Of a stretch of 64,000 bases of DNA, positions 17,601 to 27,231 are shown one piece after another; positions within the stretch are counted from its first letter, which is position 1, and each line of letters opens with the position of its first letter. Under the pieces are notes generated by a model, which was not told where the DNA came from, did not search any database, and saw only the letters and a program-made list of their open reading frames with translations. The position numbers were made by a program, and so were the translations under genes. This DNA is from a virus, in the IMG/VR virus record IMGVR_UViG_3300044714_000052, positions 3,580 to 67,579 of that record; one strand, given 5' to 3'.

Positions 17601-17679
17601 GCGTCCCTTATACGCCTTGACATATTACAAATCAACGGATGGTGTCGGGGTGCGAGGTGCGGGCCATAGCAGTTGATGG

Positions 17680-17901
17680 TCAAGGCCCGCTCTCAATCGT
17701 CTTCCGGCGATCCCTGACGGCCGCGTCGAGTTTGTCTACAGCGCGGGCGATAGCGGCGCGTGGCGTGCTGTGACTGCGGTGGAAGTGATGCGCTGGCGGC
17801 GGGAGAAAGACTGCGGCGGTGGGGGGTGCGGCTACCGGCTGCGCTGTCGGGTGAGCCGAGCACGCCGTCACAAGCAGCGCCAGCGCCGGCCAGAACCTCA
17901 T
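17680..17901 (-). CDS. Pro-rich lipoprotein (o-spanin-like candidate)
   Basis: LVTAC lipobox. Confidence 0.6.
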   Translation of the reverse strand: MRFWPALALLVTACSAHPTAQPVAAPPTAAVFLPPPAHHFHRSHSTPRAAIARAVDKLDAAVRDRRKTIESGP

Positions 17902-18359
17902 CGCTCCCGGATGTTGGCCTTGAGCGCGAGCTGCACCTTGAGATCGGCCAACGCCTGCAAGATCGTGTCAGTCTGGCCGCCCACCTTATTCTGCCACGCG
18001 AGTGACGCGGCATAGTGCTCGGCCTCGTCTTTCTCGACGTAAGTCAGCCTCTCTTCGTCGGTCGCCAGCTTGGCTTCATCTGAAGACAGCCGGTCAAGTA
18101 CCAACGCAATGGCTGCTTGATTCGCGTGCTGAGCCGAGTCGATGGCCGTCTGATTCGCATGCTGGGATGCGTCGATGGCGGCATGCAGGTTCCACCCCAA
18201 TGCCGCGAACATCGCCGTAACTGAGATGAACGCCACGACGGGAATGCGAAAATCGAGGGCATCTTTCAGAATGGCCAATGCACGCCAGCCCCACGCACCA
18301 AGAGAACGATCACCACCGTAGGTATATGTAGCGTTAACGATCATCAGCCGCGCGTCCAA
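17898..18359 (-). CDS. Membrane-anchored coiled-coil protein (i-spanin/holin-like candidate)
   Basis: One TM helix followed by a coiled coil; start uncertain. Confidence 0.55.
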   Translation of the reverse strand: MDARLMIVNATYTYGGDRSLGAWGWRALAILKDALDFRIPVVAFISVTAMFAALGWNLHAAIDASQHANQTAIDSAQHANQAAIALVLDRLSSDEAKLATDEERLTYVEKDEAEHYAASLAWQNKVGGQTDTILQALADLKVQLALKANIRER

Positions 18360-18391
18360 AAGCCGTCAAATCGTTCATAGGTTAACGATTT

Positions 18392-18547
18392 TCAGAAGCG
18401 TCCGTGCCCGACCAGCAGATAAATCACCAGCACGATCAGCAGAATGCCGCCGATCCCGATTCCGCCCCCGTAACCGTATCTGCTGAAACCCCACCCACCC
18501 CCTCCGAGCAATAAGACCACGAGGATGATGAGGATGAGAAAATCCAT
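18392..18547 (-). CDS. DUF3309-like small membrane protein
   Basis: ILIILVVLLLGGGGWG..RYGYGGGIGIGGILLIVLVIYLL. Confidence 0.8.
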   Translation of the reverse strand: MDFLILIILVVLLLGGGGWGFSRYGYGGGIGIGGILLIVLVIYLLVGHGRF

Positions 18548-18558
18548 AACCGGGTCTC

Positions 18559-18795
18559 CTACTTGCCGAGCGACCACGCGATTCCAAGCGCGATCAAGAT
18601 CAGCACGACCAGTATAACATATTCCCGCAAGCCCCACCGGGTCGGCGTCTTCACGACAGGCCGTGGGAGCCGAAAGGGAAACGCCTTGCCGGAAGTGCGC
18701 CGTCGCCGCAGCCAGCCCTTCCGCGCCGCGACTACCCGCGTGTGGACCTTGCGGATGGCTTCCATCGAGAAGGGCGGCTTTGCCTTATCGGGCAT
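18559..18795 (-). CDS. Basic membrane protein
   Basis: Arg-rich N-terminus, C-terminal TM helix. Confidence 0.5.
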   Translation of the reverse strand: MPDKAKPPFSMEAIRKVHTRVVAARKGWLRRRRTSGKAFPFRLPRPVVKTPTRWGLREYVILVVLILIALGIAWSLGK

Positions 18796-19288
18796 CTCGC
18801 AACTCTGCGTCCGCAAGCGTCTGCTGCTTTGCCCGCTGCGCCAAGTCCGCCTGCAATTCGCTGATCTTCTCTTTGCCGGCCTCAATGATGCCAATTATCT
18901 CAGCCGATGGCTCCGTTCCGCGTTCACGGCTGACCGCAACTGCCTCTTCGGCGAGCTTCAATTGGCCCGTCACTGCGTCTAGCTGCCCCTGGATGGCTTT
19001 CGTGAGATCGCTGTTGACAAGGGTGTGGATCACCGCCGCCGTTGCCGCGATGCCGTCGAGCTTGTCGAATGTGGTCGCCGCAGTCTCGACAACCTGCCTG
19101 TTGGACTTAATGAGCCGCAGGGCAACCTCGTCCTGCCGGGCGTAATCGCGGCGTTCTTTATCAGCGGCGGCGCGCGCATTCATCTTCGACAGGATAACCG
19201 CGCCGACAAAGGCGATCGTACCCGCACCGCAGGCGGCCATGACGGCCGAGCCGCCCGCGATCCACTCGATCTGGACGAGAGGGTCCAT
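18785..19288 (-). CDS. Membrane protein of the lysis region (holin-like)
   Basis: N-terminal TM helix; IHTLVNS motif common near phage lysis genes. Confidence 0.6.
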   Translation of the reverse strand: MDPLVQIEWIAGGSAVMAACGAGTIAFVGAVILSKMNARAAADKERRDYARQDEVALRLIKSNRQVVETAATTFDKLDGIAATAAVIHTLVNSDLTKAIQGQLDAVTGQLKLAEEAVAVSRERGTEPSAEIIGIIEAGKEKISELQADLAQRAKQQTLADAELRDAR

Positions 19289-19692
19289 CAGTTGATCGAG
19301 AGATGCCGCTGGTGCGGGCCGCTGTCGCCGGGGCTCATGCCGAGCCCAGACCACGTGTGGTCGCCGACATGGCATGCAGCATCCATGTGCTGCGGCACGT
19401 TGAGGGCGCTCTGGTAGTTGGCGACGGCTCCGCGCGTCTGCGGCCCGCAGAGACCATCGATCCGCCCGTGGTAGTAGCCCTTGGCCCTCAGCGCAGTTTG
19501 CAGGCTGACAACGTAGGCATTCGAGTTCGCCGCCGCGGCCGTCTCTTGCGGTGCAAGCATGACCGGAGGAGGCGCTTCGTAAGCGGTGGGCGGCGCCGGA
19601 GCCGACTCGGGTACAGGGGCTGGCGCTGGCTCGAACCACGAGCATGCGGCCAGGGAGAGCGTGAGGAGTGCGATCGAGATGATCTTGATCAT
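19288..19692 (-). CDS. Lipoprotein with a peptidoglycan-binding domain
   Basis: LAAC lipobox; LQTAL..KGYY.G.IDG..GPQT..AV..YQ. Confidence 0.85.
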   Translation of the reverse strand: MIKIISIALLTLSLAACSWFEPAPAPVPESAPAPPTAYEAPPPVMLAPQETAAAANSNAYVVSLQTALRAKGYYHGRIDGLCGPQTRGAVANYQSALNVPQHMDAACHVGDHTWSGLGMSPGDSGPHQRHLSIN

Positions 19693-19702
19693 GTGGCTTC
19701 TC

Positions 19703-19987
19703 CTAAGCTGCCTTGACCGGGAGGCCCATCTGATTCGCCGTGGCGGACTTTACCGCGCCAGCATGCGCCATCTGGGCTGCCCGGAATTTCTGCCATAGCG
19801 ACCATGCGGCGGTCCCGAGCCCGACGGCGATGCTCGCATAAAGGGTCAATGTGCTGTCGGGGATGTTGGTCGCCGAGCCGGCGACGATGCCCGCTCCCGA
19901 CAGCAGAGCGAGCACGCTGCGGATGACCGAGGCTACGAGTGTCACGGTCTGTGGGTTTGGCGTTGAAGGGACGAATGTGGGGTCCAT
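19703..19987 (-). CDS. Putative holin
   Basis: Two TM helices, IRSVL and WSLWQK motifs. Confidence 0.7.
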   Translation of the reverse strand: MDPTFVPSTPNPQTVTLVASVIRSVLALLSGAGIVAGSATNIPDSTLTLYASIAVGLGTAAWSLWQKFRAAQMAHAGAVKSATANQMGLPVKAA

Positions 19988-20118
19988 CAGAATTTCCTCT
20001 TTTTGCGCGCTTGGTCAGCTTCCTCGGCTATCCGCGCGATCAGCAATGCGGCGATTAATAACGCCAAGCCCACGCAGACGATCGCCATAAGGACGTGCGG
20101 GTCGATTTGCTCGCTCAC
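19987..20118 (-). CDS. Small single-TM protein (43 aa, not in the ORF track)
   Basis: MSEQIDPHVLMAIVCVGLALLIAALLIARIAEEADQARKKRKF; coupled at both ends. Confidence 0.5.
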   Translation of the reverse strand: MSEQIDPHVLMAIVCVGLALLIAALLIARIAEEADQARKKRKF

Positions 20119-20415
20119 GGCGGCATGCCCAGCTTCCGCCGCGCCTCGCCAAGATGCGGCCGGTAGTATTCGGACGGCGGAACATGCCGCTCGGGCTGAT
20201 GGCAGTAGTGGTACAGGAACAGGTGCGCGGTCCAGGCCGCCATGTCAGCGTGATCCTCAAGATGCCACAGTGCGGCCTCGTGCCAGGACTGGCGGCACTC
20301 GCGCTCGGTCTCGGTCATCGGCGCTCGCGGCAATCTATCTGCCACGACGCCGTCCCGCCGTAGAGCATGTTTTCGTGCTCCCAGAGGTAGAGCCACCACT
20401 TCGGATCGGCGCAGG

Positions 20416-20949
20416 TCATGCGTATGGTCCCTGCGCGGCGAATCCGTAAATCCAACCGTCATCTGCAAATGACGTATTCCATTGCGATGCTTGCCCATAC
20501 TCGCGGAGCAGCCAAAGATTGACGACATCTTGGCTCGCGGGCGAGAAGTCGGGAACGCCAGTTGCCACTTGTGCTGCCGCCCACGTCGCCGGCTCGTCTT
20601 GCCCCGCCCCGGCTGCGTGCGTCGGCGAACCGTTCACCGTCACTCCGGCCCAATCAGGAAAGGTGGCGAACTCCGTGAAGCGTGTGAAGCCGTAGAGGAC
20701 ATTGTAGAGCCCCTCGCTCTGCTCGCGGTAGATTTGGCCGAGGATGGATTGCTCCTCTTGGGTGGGGTCGAATTGAAAGAGGGGCGTCGTCACTAGCGCT
20801 GCTTTCGGCTTCAGCATAAACGGCCGGAATGGCGGCGCTGGCCCTTTCGTAATCGGCGCTACCTGGATGAACGGGCGCGACCTGAGCGGGGGCGACGGTC
20901 GGTTTGGACCGTCGTAGGGCGGCGGCGAAGGATACGGAGACGGCTTCAC
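20416..20949 (-). CDS. Lysozyme-fold muramidase/endolysin (lambda R-like, divergent)
   Basis: SEG.YNVLYG, THAAGAGQ...TW, DFSPASQD. Confidence 0.7.
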   Translation of the reverse strand: MKPSPYPSPPPYDGPNRPSPPLRSRPFIQVAPITKGPAPPFRPFMLKPKAALVTTPLFQFDPTQEEQSILGQIYREQSEGLYNVLYGFTRFTEFATFPDWAGVTVNGSPTHAAGAGQDEPATWAAAQVATGVPDFSPASQDVVNLWLLREYGQASQWNTSFADDGWIYGFAAQGPYA

Positions 20950-21347
20950 TGGATCACCGGGGTTGGGGGAATGGCGGTCGTCGTGGGCGCAGTCGCGGGA
21001 GGCGTCACCGAGCCCGTCGGCGTGACCACAGGCCCAGTCGTTATCGTGCCAGTAGGCGTTCCTGGCGGCACGATCGGCACCGCCGTAGTCGTCCCTCCCG
21101 CCATCGTCGGTAGGGTCGGCATCGGCGTGCCGTCAAGCTGCGCCTTCAGCATTTGAAGCTGAGCGGTGATGCTGGCAATCTGCCCGATCTCGGCCCCGAC
21201 CTGCGTCGCAACCGTGGCCGCCGGAATGCCGAACAGGCCTGCGGCCTCGCCGCCAATGCCGCTCGCGCCGCCCGCTGCGCTCAGGGCGCCCTGCGCCGCG
21301 CACCCCGCCAGAGCAAGCGGCAATGCCGCCCAAAGAATTTTCCTCAT
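20946..21347 (-). CDS. Lipoprotein with a Pro/Thr-rich tail
   Basis: MRKILWAALPLALAGC lipobox. Confidence 0.7.
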   Translation of the reverse strand: MRKILWAALPLALAGCAAQGALSAAGGASGIGGEAAGLFGIPAATVATQVGAEIGQIASITAQLQMLKAQLDGTPMPTLPTMAGGTTTAVPIVPPGTPTGTITTGPVVTPTGSVTPPATAPTTTAIPPTPVIQ

Positions 21348-21447
21348 TTCAGCCTTCCAATCCAGTATGGGGGCCAGCATCCCCAAAGGGCAACGCCGCC
21401 AATACACAGCCAAAACACAAAGCCGAGCCAATGAGCAATCATTTCGC

Positions 21448-21654
21448 TTACCTGACGACAATCCAGAGCCCGTCCGGCCCGAAGTTGAATTCCTGGCGTT
21501 CGCCCTTGGCGTCGCATAGCAAGCAAAGCCCATTCTCGACGTTGGCACACAGGATCAGCCCCGGCACGTCGGCCATCGTGTCGCGGCGCACGAGCTTGTA
21601 GCGGCTCCGCAGGGCTTCGCTATCGGCTGCGCTCAGGCTGCGTGGCAGCATCAT
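21448..21654 (-). CDS. Hypothetical protein
   Basis: Coupled ORF. Confidence 0.55.
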   Translation of the reverse strand: MMLPRSLSAADSEALRSRYKLVRRDTMADVPGLILCANVENGLCLLCDAKGERQEFNFGPDGLWIVVR

Positions 21655-21884
21655 TTTATCTCGTATCTACCCCTACCGCACCAACGGCAGTGATCCAGAG
21701 CCCATCTGGGACCAGTCTTCGTCCAGTCATGATAGTCGAACCAACGACAAGCCCCGCGGGGCGAAATAGAACCTGCAATTTCCTGTATGCACAGCATAAT
21801 GAAGCCCAATATTTCACGGCGATGGCCAATCAGGTCGCGGTTGTCGAACCAGCGCCAGACCGGGTTTATGCGGATGTCGCTCAC
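21651..21884 (-). CDS. Hypothetical Trp/Cys-rich protein
   Basis: RBS; C..FDYHDW...CRWC. Confidence 0.5.
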   Translation of the reverse strand: MSDIRINPVWRWFDNRDLIGHRREILGFIMLCIQEIAGSISPRGACRWFDYHDWTKTGPRWALDHCRWCGRGRYEIK

Positions 21885-22112
21885 TTCCCTTCCTTGTCAT
21901 AATGCGCCGGGGTGCCGAACAACTCGCGCCGCCGATCGCCTATCGCACCGAGATCGGCGAAGACCGAGACCGGAACCGGCCGCGGTACTTCCTTCGGCAT
22001 GCAAGCTCATTGCTCCCGCTCGGCATACGACACGCCGCAGCCGGGCACCGTGCATTTGTCGCTCGCCGGGGTGTTGTTGAAGACGTGCTCGCGGATGATC
22101 ATGGTCGGCTCC

Positions 22113-25100
22113 TCACGACGGCGGGCTGTCCGGCGTCGCCGGGTAGAAGGTGTCCTGGTACGCATAACGGCAGTCATTCGGCGTGTAGTTGCCCCCCGCG
22201 GCCTGACCAGTAACCAGCGGAAGCGGACCGCCTACAGCGTTGAGAATGCGGTAGTCCACATCGGCCACGACCGTCGTGGCCGGCGACACCGGGCCTCCCG
22301 TAAAACCAGAGATGCCAAGAGAATTTGCCCAGCATCCGAGAGACCGCATCTGATATGGGTAGCCCGCTTCGACGCCGTAGCCGGCAGCATCCAGCAGGTT
22401 GGGCGTGCCGGGCCAATTGAGCTTACCAGCAGTGCTCATAAAACCACTGAGAGCGTTGGGGTTGCCTCCCCACGTCGCGGTGAAAGTCGCCCCCGTCCCG
22501 GTCCCGCCGGTCACCGATAGCGTCCCGGTCGGCACGGCGCTATACATCCCCGGATTGGTCACGGTGAAGGTCTGAATGACGCCGCCGCTCACGGTATTGA
22601 CGGTTATCTGCGCCGCCGACCCGCCAATCCCGGAATTAGCGACAGTGCCGCCTGTTATCGTCAGCACATCGTTTACCGAGTAAGACCCACCGCCGCTGAC
22701 TTTTGTGGCTCCTGTGCAAGACCCCGAGACGATAGCGATCGCCGCATTCGTCGGACTGCCTTCCGCAAGGTTGAAGGTCGCGCCGACCCCGCTGCCGCTC
22801 AGATCGCGAACGTAGTACGTCTTGGTGTAATCAAGCTGGACAGGGTATGTGAGTGGCTGATAGCTGGGATTGGGAATGTAGATGTCGCCGTTATTGATCC
22901 CCGTCCAATTGTATGCCGAGCCTAGAGTGCTCACGGTGAAATACGGTGAGCCGGCCGTTGACCAAGTAGTAGAGCCATTGCGCCAGTTCTGATCGCCCCA
23001 TCCATATCGGGCGTCGCTCGATACTGGGGTGCCGGGAGGATTCGCCCCGCTAGGGAGGGCCGTAAACGGAGTGGATGGGTAATACTCGCCCTGCCTCGTC
23101 AAATAGGCATAGTTGAAGAACCACCCGAAGTTATTCCCCATGTAGTTCCAATACTTGGCAATGATGTTTTGTAGAAATGATCGCGCATCGAGGTTGCCGC
23201 GAGCGGCAGCGACGCACATCACCCAGGCGACATAGGTAAGCTCGTAGGTCGCCCCCGTCTGAAAAACGACATTGACCCCGGAGCCGTTGTTGTTCAGCGT
23301 CAACCAAATCCCGGCATTAAAACAATAGGCATAGGCAGAGGGATCGCTGACATTGTAAATCGCCTGGGCTTCCGCAAGGTACTGAGTGCTGTCCGCGCAC
23401 ACCAGCCCGAACTGCGCCACCGGGAACTTGCAACTCGCGTCGCCAAGATCATTAAGATACTGTCCCATCTGCGACCCGGAGACTTCTGTGTAGACGGGAT
23501 TAGCTCCGGTCGGATCAAACGAGTACAGAAGTGCCGCATACTCCACGGCTCTCATGGTCCAAGAGATTGCGCGATACTGCGTGTTGACATACGTCGTTAC
23601 GCCAATCGCATTGTAGGGGCTATCGCCGTTGGCGACGGTCGGGTTGCGCACGCTAATGGGCCACGTGGAAATGGCCCTTTGTGCATTATTCACCATGTGG
23701 TCGAGATACTGAAGCTCGCCCGTCCGATAATATGCCCACGTAGACATATTCGGTTCATGGGCAACATCGTCGTACATCCCCCAGGAACAGACATTCGAGC
23801 CGGGATTTGTAAACCCGGCATAGTTTCCCCGAGGACTCCAATAGACCGTCGAATAGACCGGGCCAGATGGCCCCGTTCCCGCGACCCCGGTGTAGCTTGC
23901 CGAGAGAAAGTTTAGATTCGTGTCGGTTGTCTTGTCGTGCAGGTCTTGTGCCCACAGGCCGCCCCCATGCCCGTAAAAGCGGATGGCGCGGTCGGAGTTT
24001 ACGCTGGGCGTGAAGAAGTCATTGGCAGCCATGCCGGGGATAATCCCCAGCCACGCCAAGTCACCACCCGTTCCGTTGCCGGTGTCGTCCGACACATCGC
24101 ATCGGTTGTAGGGATTCCAGGCAAATGTGTAGGTGGTGTCAGCTACCGAGCCGATTGAGCCGAGATCAAATGCCGGGATGACGCCGCTCGATTGCCAATA
24201 TTGCTGATTCTGCACCACTCGCAGCGTGGTCTCGGCGGAAATCCCGCTCGTTCCGCTGCCGACGAAAAAATTATAATGCCCAGTCGTCGTCGCATTTTGC
24301 AGCACCGTAAAGGGTGTCTGGGCCGCGACCAATGTTGCCGTAAATGTCCCTGCGGCAAGGGTTTGGCCGCTATCGCTCTCCATGTTGGACAGGTTCCATA
24401 TGCGGAGCGTCCCAGCGGTCGGCGGATAGGTGTTCCACGACATCCACAGGAAACCGACGCCGCCCGATATGACGACCGGCAGCAGCGTCCCGTCCCCACC
24501 AGCGCCATCGTACCAACCGGGGATCGAAGTCCACGCGTAGTTCCCCGCGCCGTCAGATGTGAATGTCGCCGACGCAGGCGAGGGGAACCAGGTCCAGGCG
24601 TGCGAATTGCTGTTCTCAACCCAATTCAGTCCGCTCGCTGGCGAACCCGAGTTCGGCGCGACCCAGGCGACGGGGTTCTGCTTCCCGAGGCCGCCATCGT
24701 AGTTGTAGAACGGCTGGCGGATGTGATGCAGGACACGAAAGGCGCCAGCCCCGCCGGAGGCGTTGTTGAGCGCTTGGACGTAGTAGTTCGTGGCCAGCTG
24801 CCCGTCCGCCGATCCGCCGACTGTCGAGGCCATGTTGCAAGAAATCTTCCAACCCGTCCCAGCCCCGCCATCGAGCCACTTGCTGATCTTGTACGTATTG
24901 GCGTCGCCATTGCACCACGACGAGATCGTCCCGCTCCGGCCGCCGATCGTGGGCGAGAGCGGCGGGCAGACGATCTCCATCCCTTGCGGGTAAACGTCGG
25001 TGCTCAGACTCCGGCCCGATGCGCTGGGCCATGGGCCGGCCCCGCCATCGGTGATCGTGACGGCCTGTGAGCCGCTGCCCGCGATGGTGAATGTCGGCAG

Positions 25101-25466
25101 AAGCTGGAAAGTGGCAAACATCAGCGCGCCGGACTTGTAGTACCGCTGCAACCCGGCCGAGAACGGCTGCGTCACCCCTCCGACTTTGAACTGCGGGACG
25201 TGTCCGCTCGGAATATCACCGTCCTTGAAGACCTGACCAAAGGTCTGAGTCGGCACGCCCGATGTCTGCGACGAGCCGCTATCGTTTACGAGCGTGACCG
25301 TCGTGGAAAACGCGGATGGCCCGCCCCCGCCACCGCCGCCACCAAAGAGATGCGGCCGAAATGCCTCAACCGCCTGCGGCAGCACCCCGAGCGTGAGCGC
25401 TGCGAGCAGCGCCTGCCCGATCGAGCGCCGGGTGAACCGCAGAACGGCTTTGCGGATTTCGCTCAT
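22113..25466 (-). CDS. Large exported polysaccharide-lyase-like protein (PcRGLX/YetA-like architecture)
   Basis: Signal peptide with TRR; TFGQVFKDGDIP N-terminal barrel; HEP....AYYRTGELQYLD; RAISWTMR. Confidence 0.6.
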   Translation of the reverse strand: MSEIRKAVLRFTRRSIGQALLAALTLGVLPQAVEAFRPHLFGGGGGGGGPSAFSTTVTLVNDSGSSQTSGVPTQTFGQVFKDGDIPSGHVPQFKVGGVTQPFSAGLQRYYKSGALMFATFQLLPTFTIAGSGSQAVTITDGGAGPWPSASGRSLSTDVYPQGMEIVCPPLSPTIGGRSGTISSWCNGDANTYKISKWLDGGAGTGWKISCNMASTVGGSADGQLATNYYVQALNNASGGAGAFRVLHHIRQPFYNYDGGLGKQNPVAWVAPNSGSPASGLNWVENSNSHAWTWFPSPASATFTSDGAGNYAWTSIPGWYDGAGGDGTLLPVVISGGVGFLWMSWNTYPPTAGTLRIWNLSNMESDSGQTLAAGTFTATLVAAQTPFTVLQNATTTGHYNFFVGSGTSGISAETTLRVVQNQQYWQSSGVIPAFDLGSIGSVADTTYTFAWNPYNRCDVSDDTGNGTGGDLAWLGIIPGMAANDFFTPSVNSDRAIRFYGHGGGLWAQDLHDKTTDTNLNFLSASYTGVAGTGPSGPVYSTVYWSPRGNYAGFTNPGSNVCSWGMYDDVAHEPNMSTWAYYRTGELQYLDHMVNNAQRAISTWPISVRNPTVANGDSPYNAIGVTTYVNTQYRAISWTMRAVEYAALLYSFDPTGANPVYTEVSGSQMGQYLNDLGDASCKFPVAQFGLVCADSTQYLAEAQAIYNVSDPSAYAYCFNAGIWLTLNNNGSGVNVVFQTGATYELTYVAWVMCVAAARGNLDARSFLQNIIAKYWNYMGNNFGWFFNYAYLTRQGEYYPSTPFTALPSGANPPGTPVSSDARYGWGDQNWRNGSTTWSTAGSPYFTVSTLGSAYNWTGINNGDIYIPNPSYQPLTYPVQLDYTKTYYVRDLSGSGVGATFNLAEGSPTNAAIAIVSGSCTGATKVSGGGSYSVNDVLTITGGTVANSGIGGSAAQITVNTVSGGVIQTFTVTNPGMYSAVPTGTLSVTGGTGTGATFTATWGGNPNALSGFMSTAGKLNWPGTPNLLDAAGYGVEAGYPYQMRSLGCWANSLGISGFTGGPVSPATTVVADVDYRILNAVGGPLPLVTGQAAGGNYTPNDCRYAYQDTFYPATPDSPPS

Positions 25467-26554
25467 GGGAATGTCAGCCCGGAGAAGAATGCCTCCGTGT
25501 TCGCCTGGTAGGCCGCCTGATCGCCTGAAGCGTTCGCGTTATTCGTGAAGGCGACATCAAACATGATGCTCGGAGCAGGCTGGCTCAGATCGCCGCCACC
25601 GCCGAAGTGAACGTGTGTGCTGGGGTTCATAGAAGACTGCGGAATCTGCGGCGTCCAGGACAGATGTCCGTTCACTTCGCCCGACACAATGTTCGCGGGC
25701 TCATTCCAGCTAGCAAATCCTATAACATTCAAAACCGATGAGCCAAGACTATTGCCGGCCGGCAGGGTATTGCTTTCGATATCGAGGAGTTGACAAAAAA
25801 CATTCGCAGAGACGCAGTTTCCGAAGCTACCAGTATTGGTGTACTGGAATCCCATACCGAAGTCAGTGCCCGGTGTGTCGGCTCCATTATAGGCGTGGGA
25901 GATGAGGACGGTCGCGCAGCACTGAGCCGCGACTTGGACCGCTGTCCCAGTAAAGAACTCGCTAACACTTGATGAATTCCCCCCGGTAATCCCGGTTGCC
26001 GTTCCATCGCTGGCGAGCGTGTACTCACAGTTTAAGCCTGAAAATGTTGTGCTATCCAGCGGCACCTGGGGCAGACCCGTCGTCCCGTTCACCTGGAGAG
26101 GACATGCGCAATTCAACCCGCCACCTGAACAATTTGGACCGAATGGGTTGGCGTTGAAAACTGAAGGAACCGAATTGTTGCCGGTGCCTTGGATTTGAGC
26201 GTAGATGATGGAAATCGCGCAGTTGGAATAAGTGCCGCCACAGAACGACAGTACCCCGCTCATGTTCGCTGCGTGAGCGCCCGTTTGTGTAATGTTAGTC
26301 GTCATCGATGGTGACGAGAACAGCGCGATTTGCAGAAGCGGCCCAGAATATGCCGAGGTCATCGCCCGATCGACCGACCACGCCTCGGCGCAGCCGCCTG
26401 TGATCACGTCGCACGGACCGCTATATGAGCCTTCCCCGCCGCCACCTCCGAAACCATGCCCGAGTGGCCGAAACGCCTCGGCCGATACCGGAGATAAGTA
26501 GAGCGCAAGGGCGACGAGCAACAACCCTGCGGCGGCTTTGACGACTTCGCTCAT
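25463..26554 (-). CDS. GH54 alpha-L-arabinofuranosidase B catalytic-domain-like protein, exported
   Basis: GPCDV..GGC..AWS..RA..SAYSGPL; vicinal CC; DIE; GGGGDLS; signal peptide. Confidence 0.8.
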   Translation of the reverse strand: MSEVVKAAAGLLLVALALYLSPVSAEAFRPLGHGFGGGGGEGSYSGPCDVITGGCAEAWSVDRAMTSAYSGPLLQIALFSSPSMTTNITQTGAHAANMSGVLSFCGGTYSNCAISIIYAQIQGTGNNSVPSVFNANPFGPNCSGGGLNCACPLQVNGTTGLPQVPLDSTTFSGLNCEYTLASDGTATGITGGNSSSVSEFFTGTAVQVAAQCCATVLISHAYNGADTPGTDFGMGFQYTNTGSFGNCVSANVFCQLLDIESNTLPAGNSLGSSVLNVIGFASWNEPANIVSGEVNGHLSWTPQIPQSSMNPSTHVHFGGGGDLSQPAPSIMFDVAFTNNANASGDQAAYQANTEAFFSGLTFP

Positions 26555-27231
26555 GACGCGGGGGGAGCGCCCCCAAAGGAGATATGACAGTTCGTCCCGT
26601 CGCTCGAAACCCAAGCGGTTGCGCTGGGGCCATAGACCCACAACCCGACTGTCTGAGCGCCGGGTGGCTGGTCGGCCCACGATCCTGACGATAGCTGTAG
26701 CACCAGCGGACCCACCCCGGTTGTATCAAAGTAGCTAGGGGCAGAGATGGTGGAACAGGGCGGCAGTATGGCGGTCGCAACAGAAGACGAGTTCATCTGA
26801 TACCAGTTCGCGAGCGGCGCTGTCAGGGTGATGCTTCCCGTCAACAGCGTAGGACCGCTGCCGCTCGGCTGCGTTGGCGCGCTGCCGCCAGACGAGCCGC
26901 CGGTCGTGGTCCCGCCCCCGGCCGAAGGCGCGCTTGCCTCTTGGGTCCAGCCGGAGCCGTTCCACAGGAACCACACGCCCGGAGAGACCGAGGTGTTCTC
27001 GGCGTACAGCGCGCCACCGGAGACTTCCATGACCGCGGCCTCGCCGCCGTCGGCGGACACGCCGTTGCGCAGGACGTAGTATTGCCCGGCCTGCGGTGCG
27101 GTCCCGCCCCAACTCCACGAAGCCCCATCCGAGGTCGTGACGGTTCCGGTCGGGGCATTGATGGTCTGGGCCAGTACCGCTGCGGGCAGCATCATCGCCA
27201 TGAACGCGAATATTTTCAGCATGATCCACAC
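26551..27231 (-). CDS. Exported two-domain protein of the tail module
   Basis: Signal peptide (AVLA-Q), Trp-rich beta domain, Gly/Ser linker. Confidence 0.65.
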   Translation of the reverse strand: MWIMLKIFAFMAMMLPAAVLAQTINAPTGTVTTSDGASWSWGGTAPQAGQYYVLRNGVSADGGEAAVMEVSGGALYAENTSVSPGVWFLWNGSGWTQEASAPSAGGGTTTGGSSGGSAPTQPSGSGPTLLTGSITLTAPLANWYQMNSSSVATAILPPCSTISAPSYFDTTGVGPLVLQLSSGSWADQPPGAQTVGLWVYGPSATAWVSSDGTNCHISFGGAPPAS

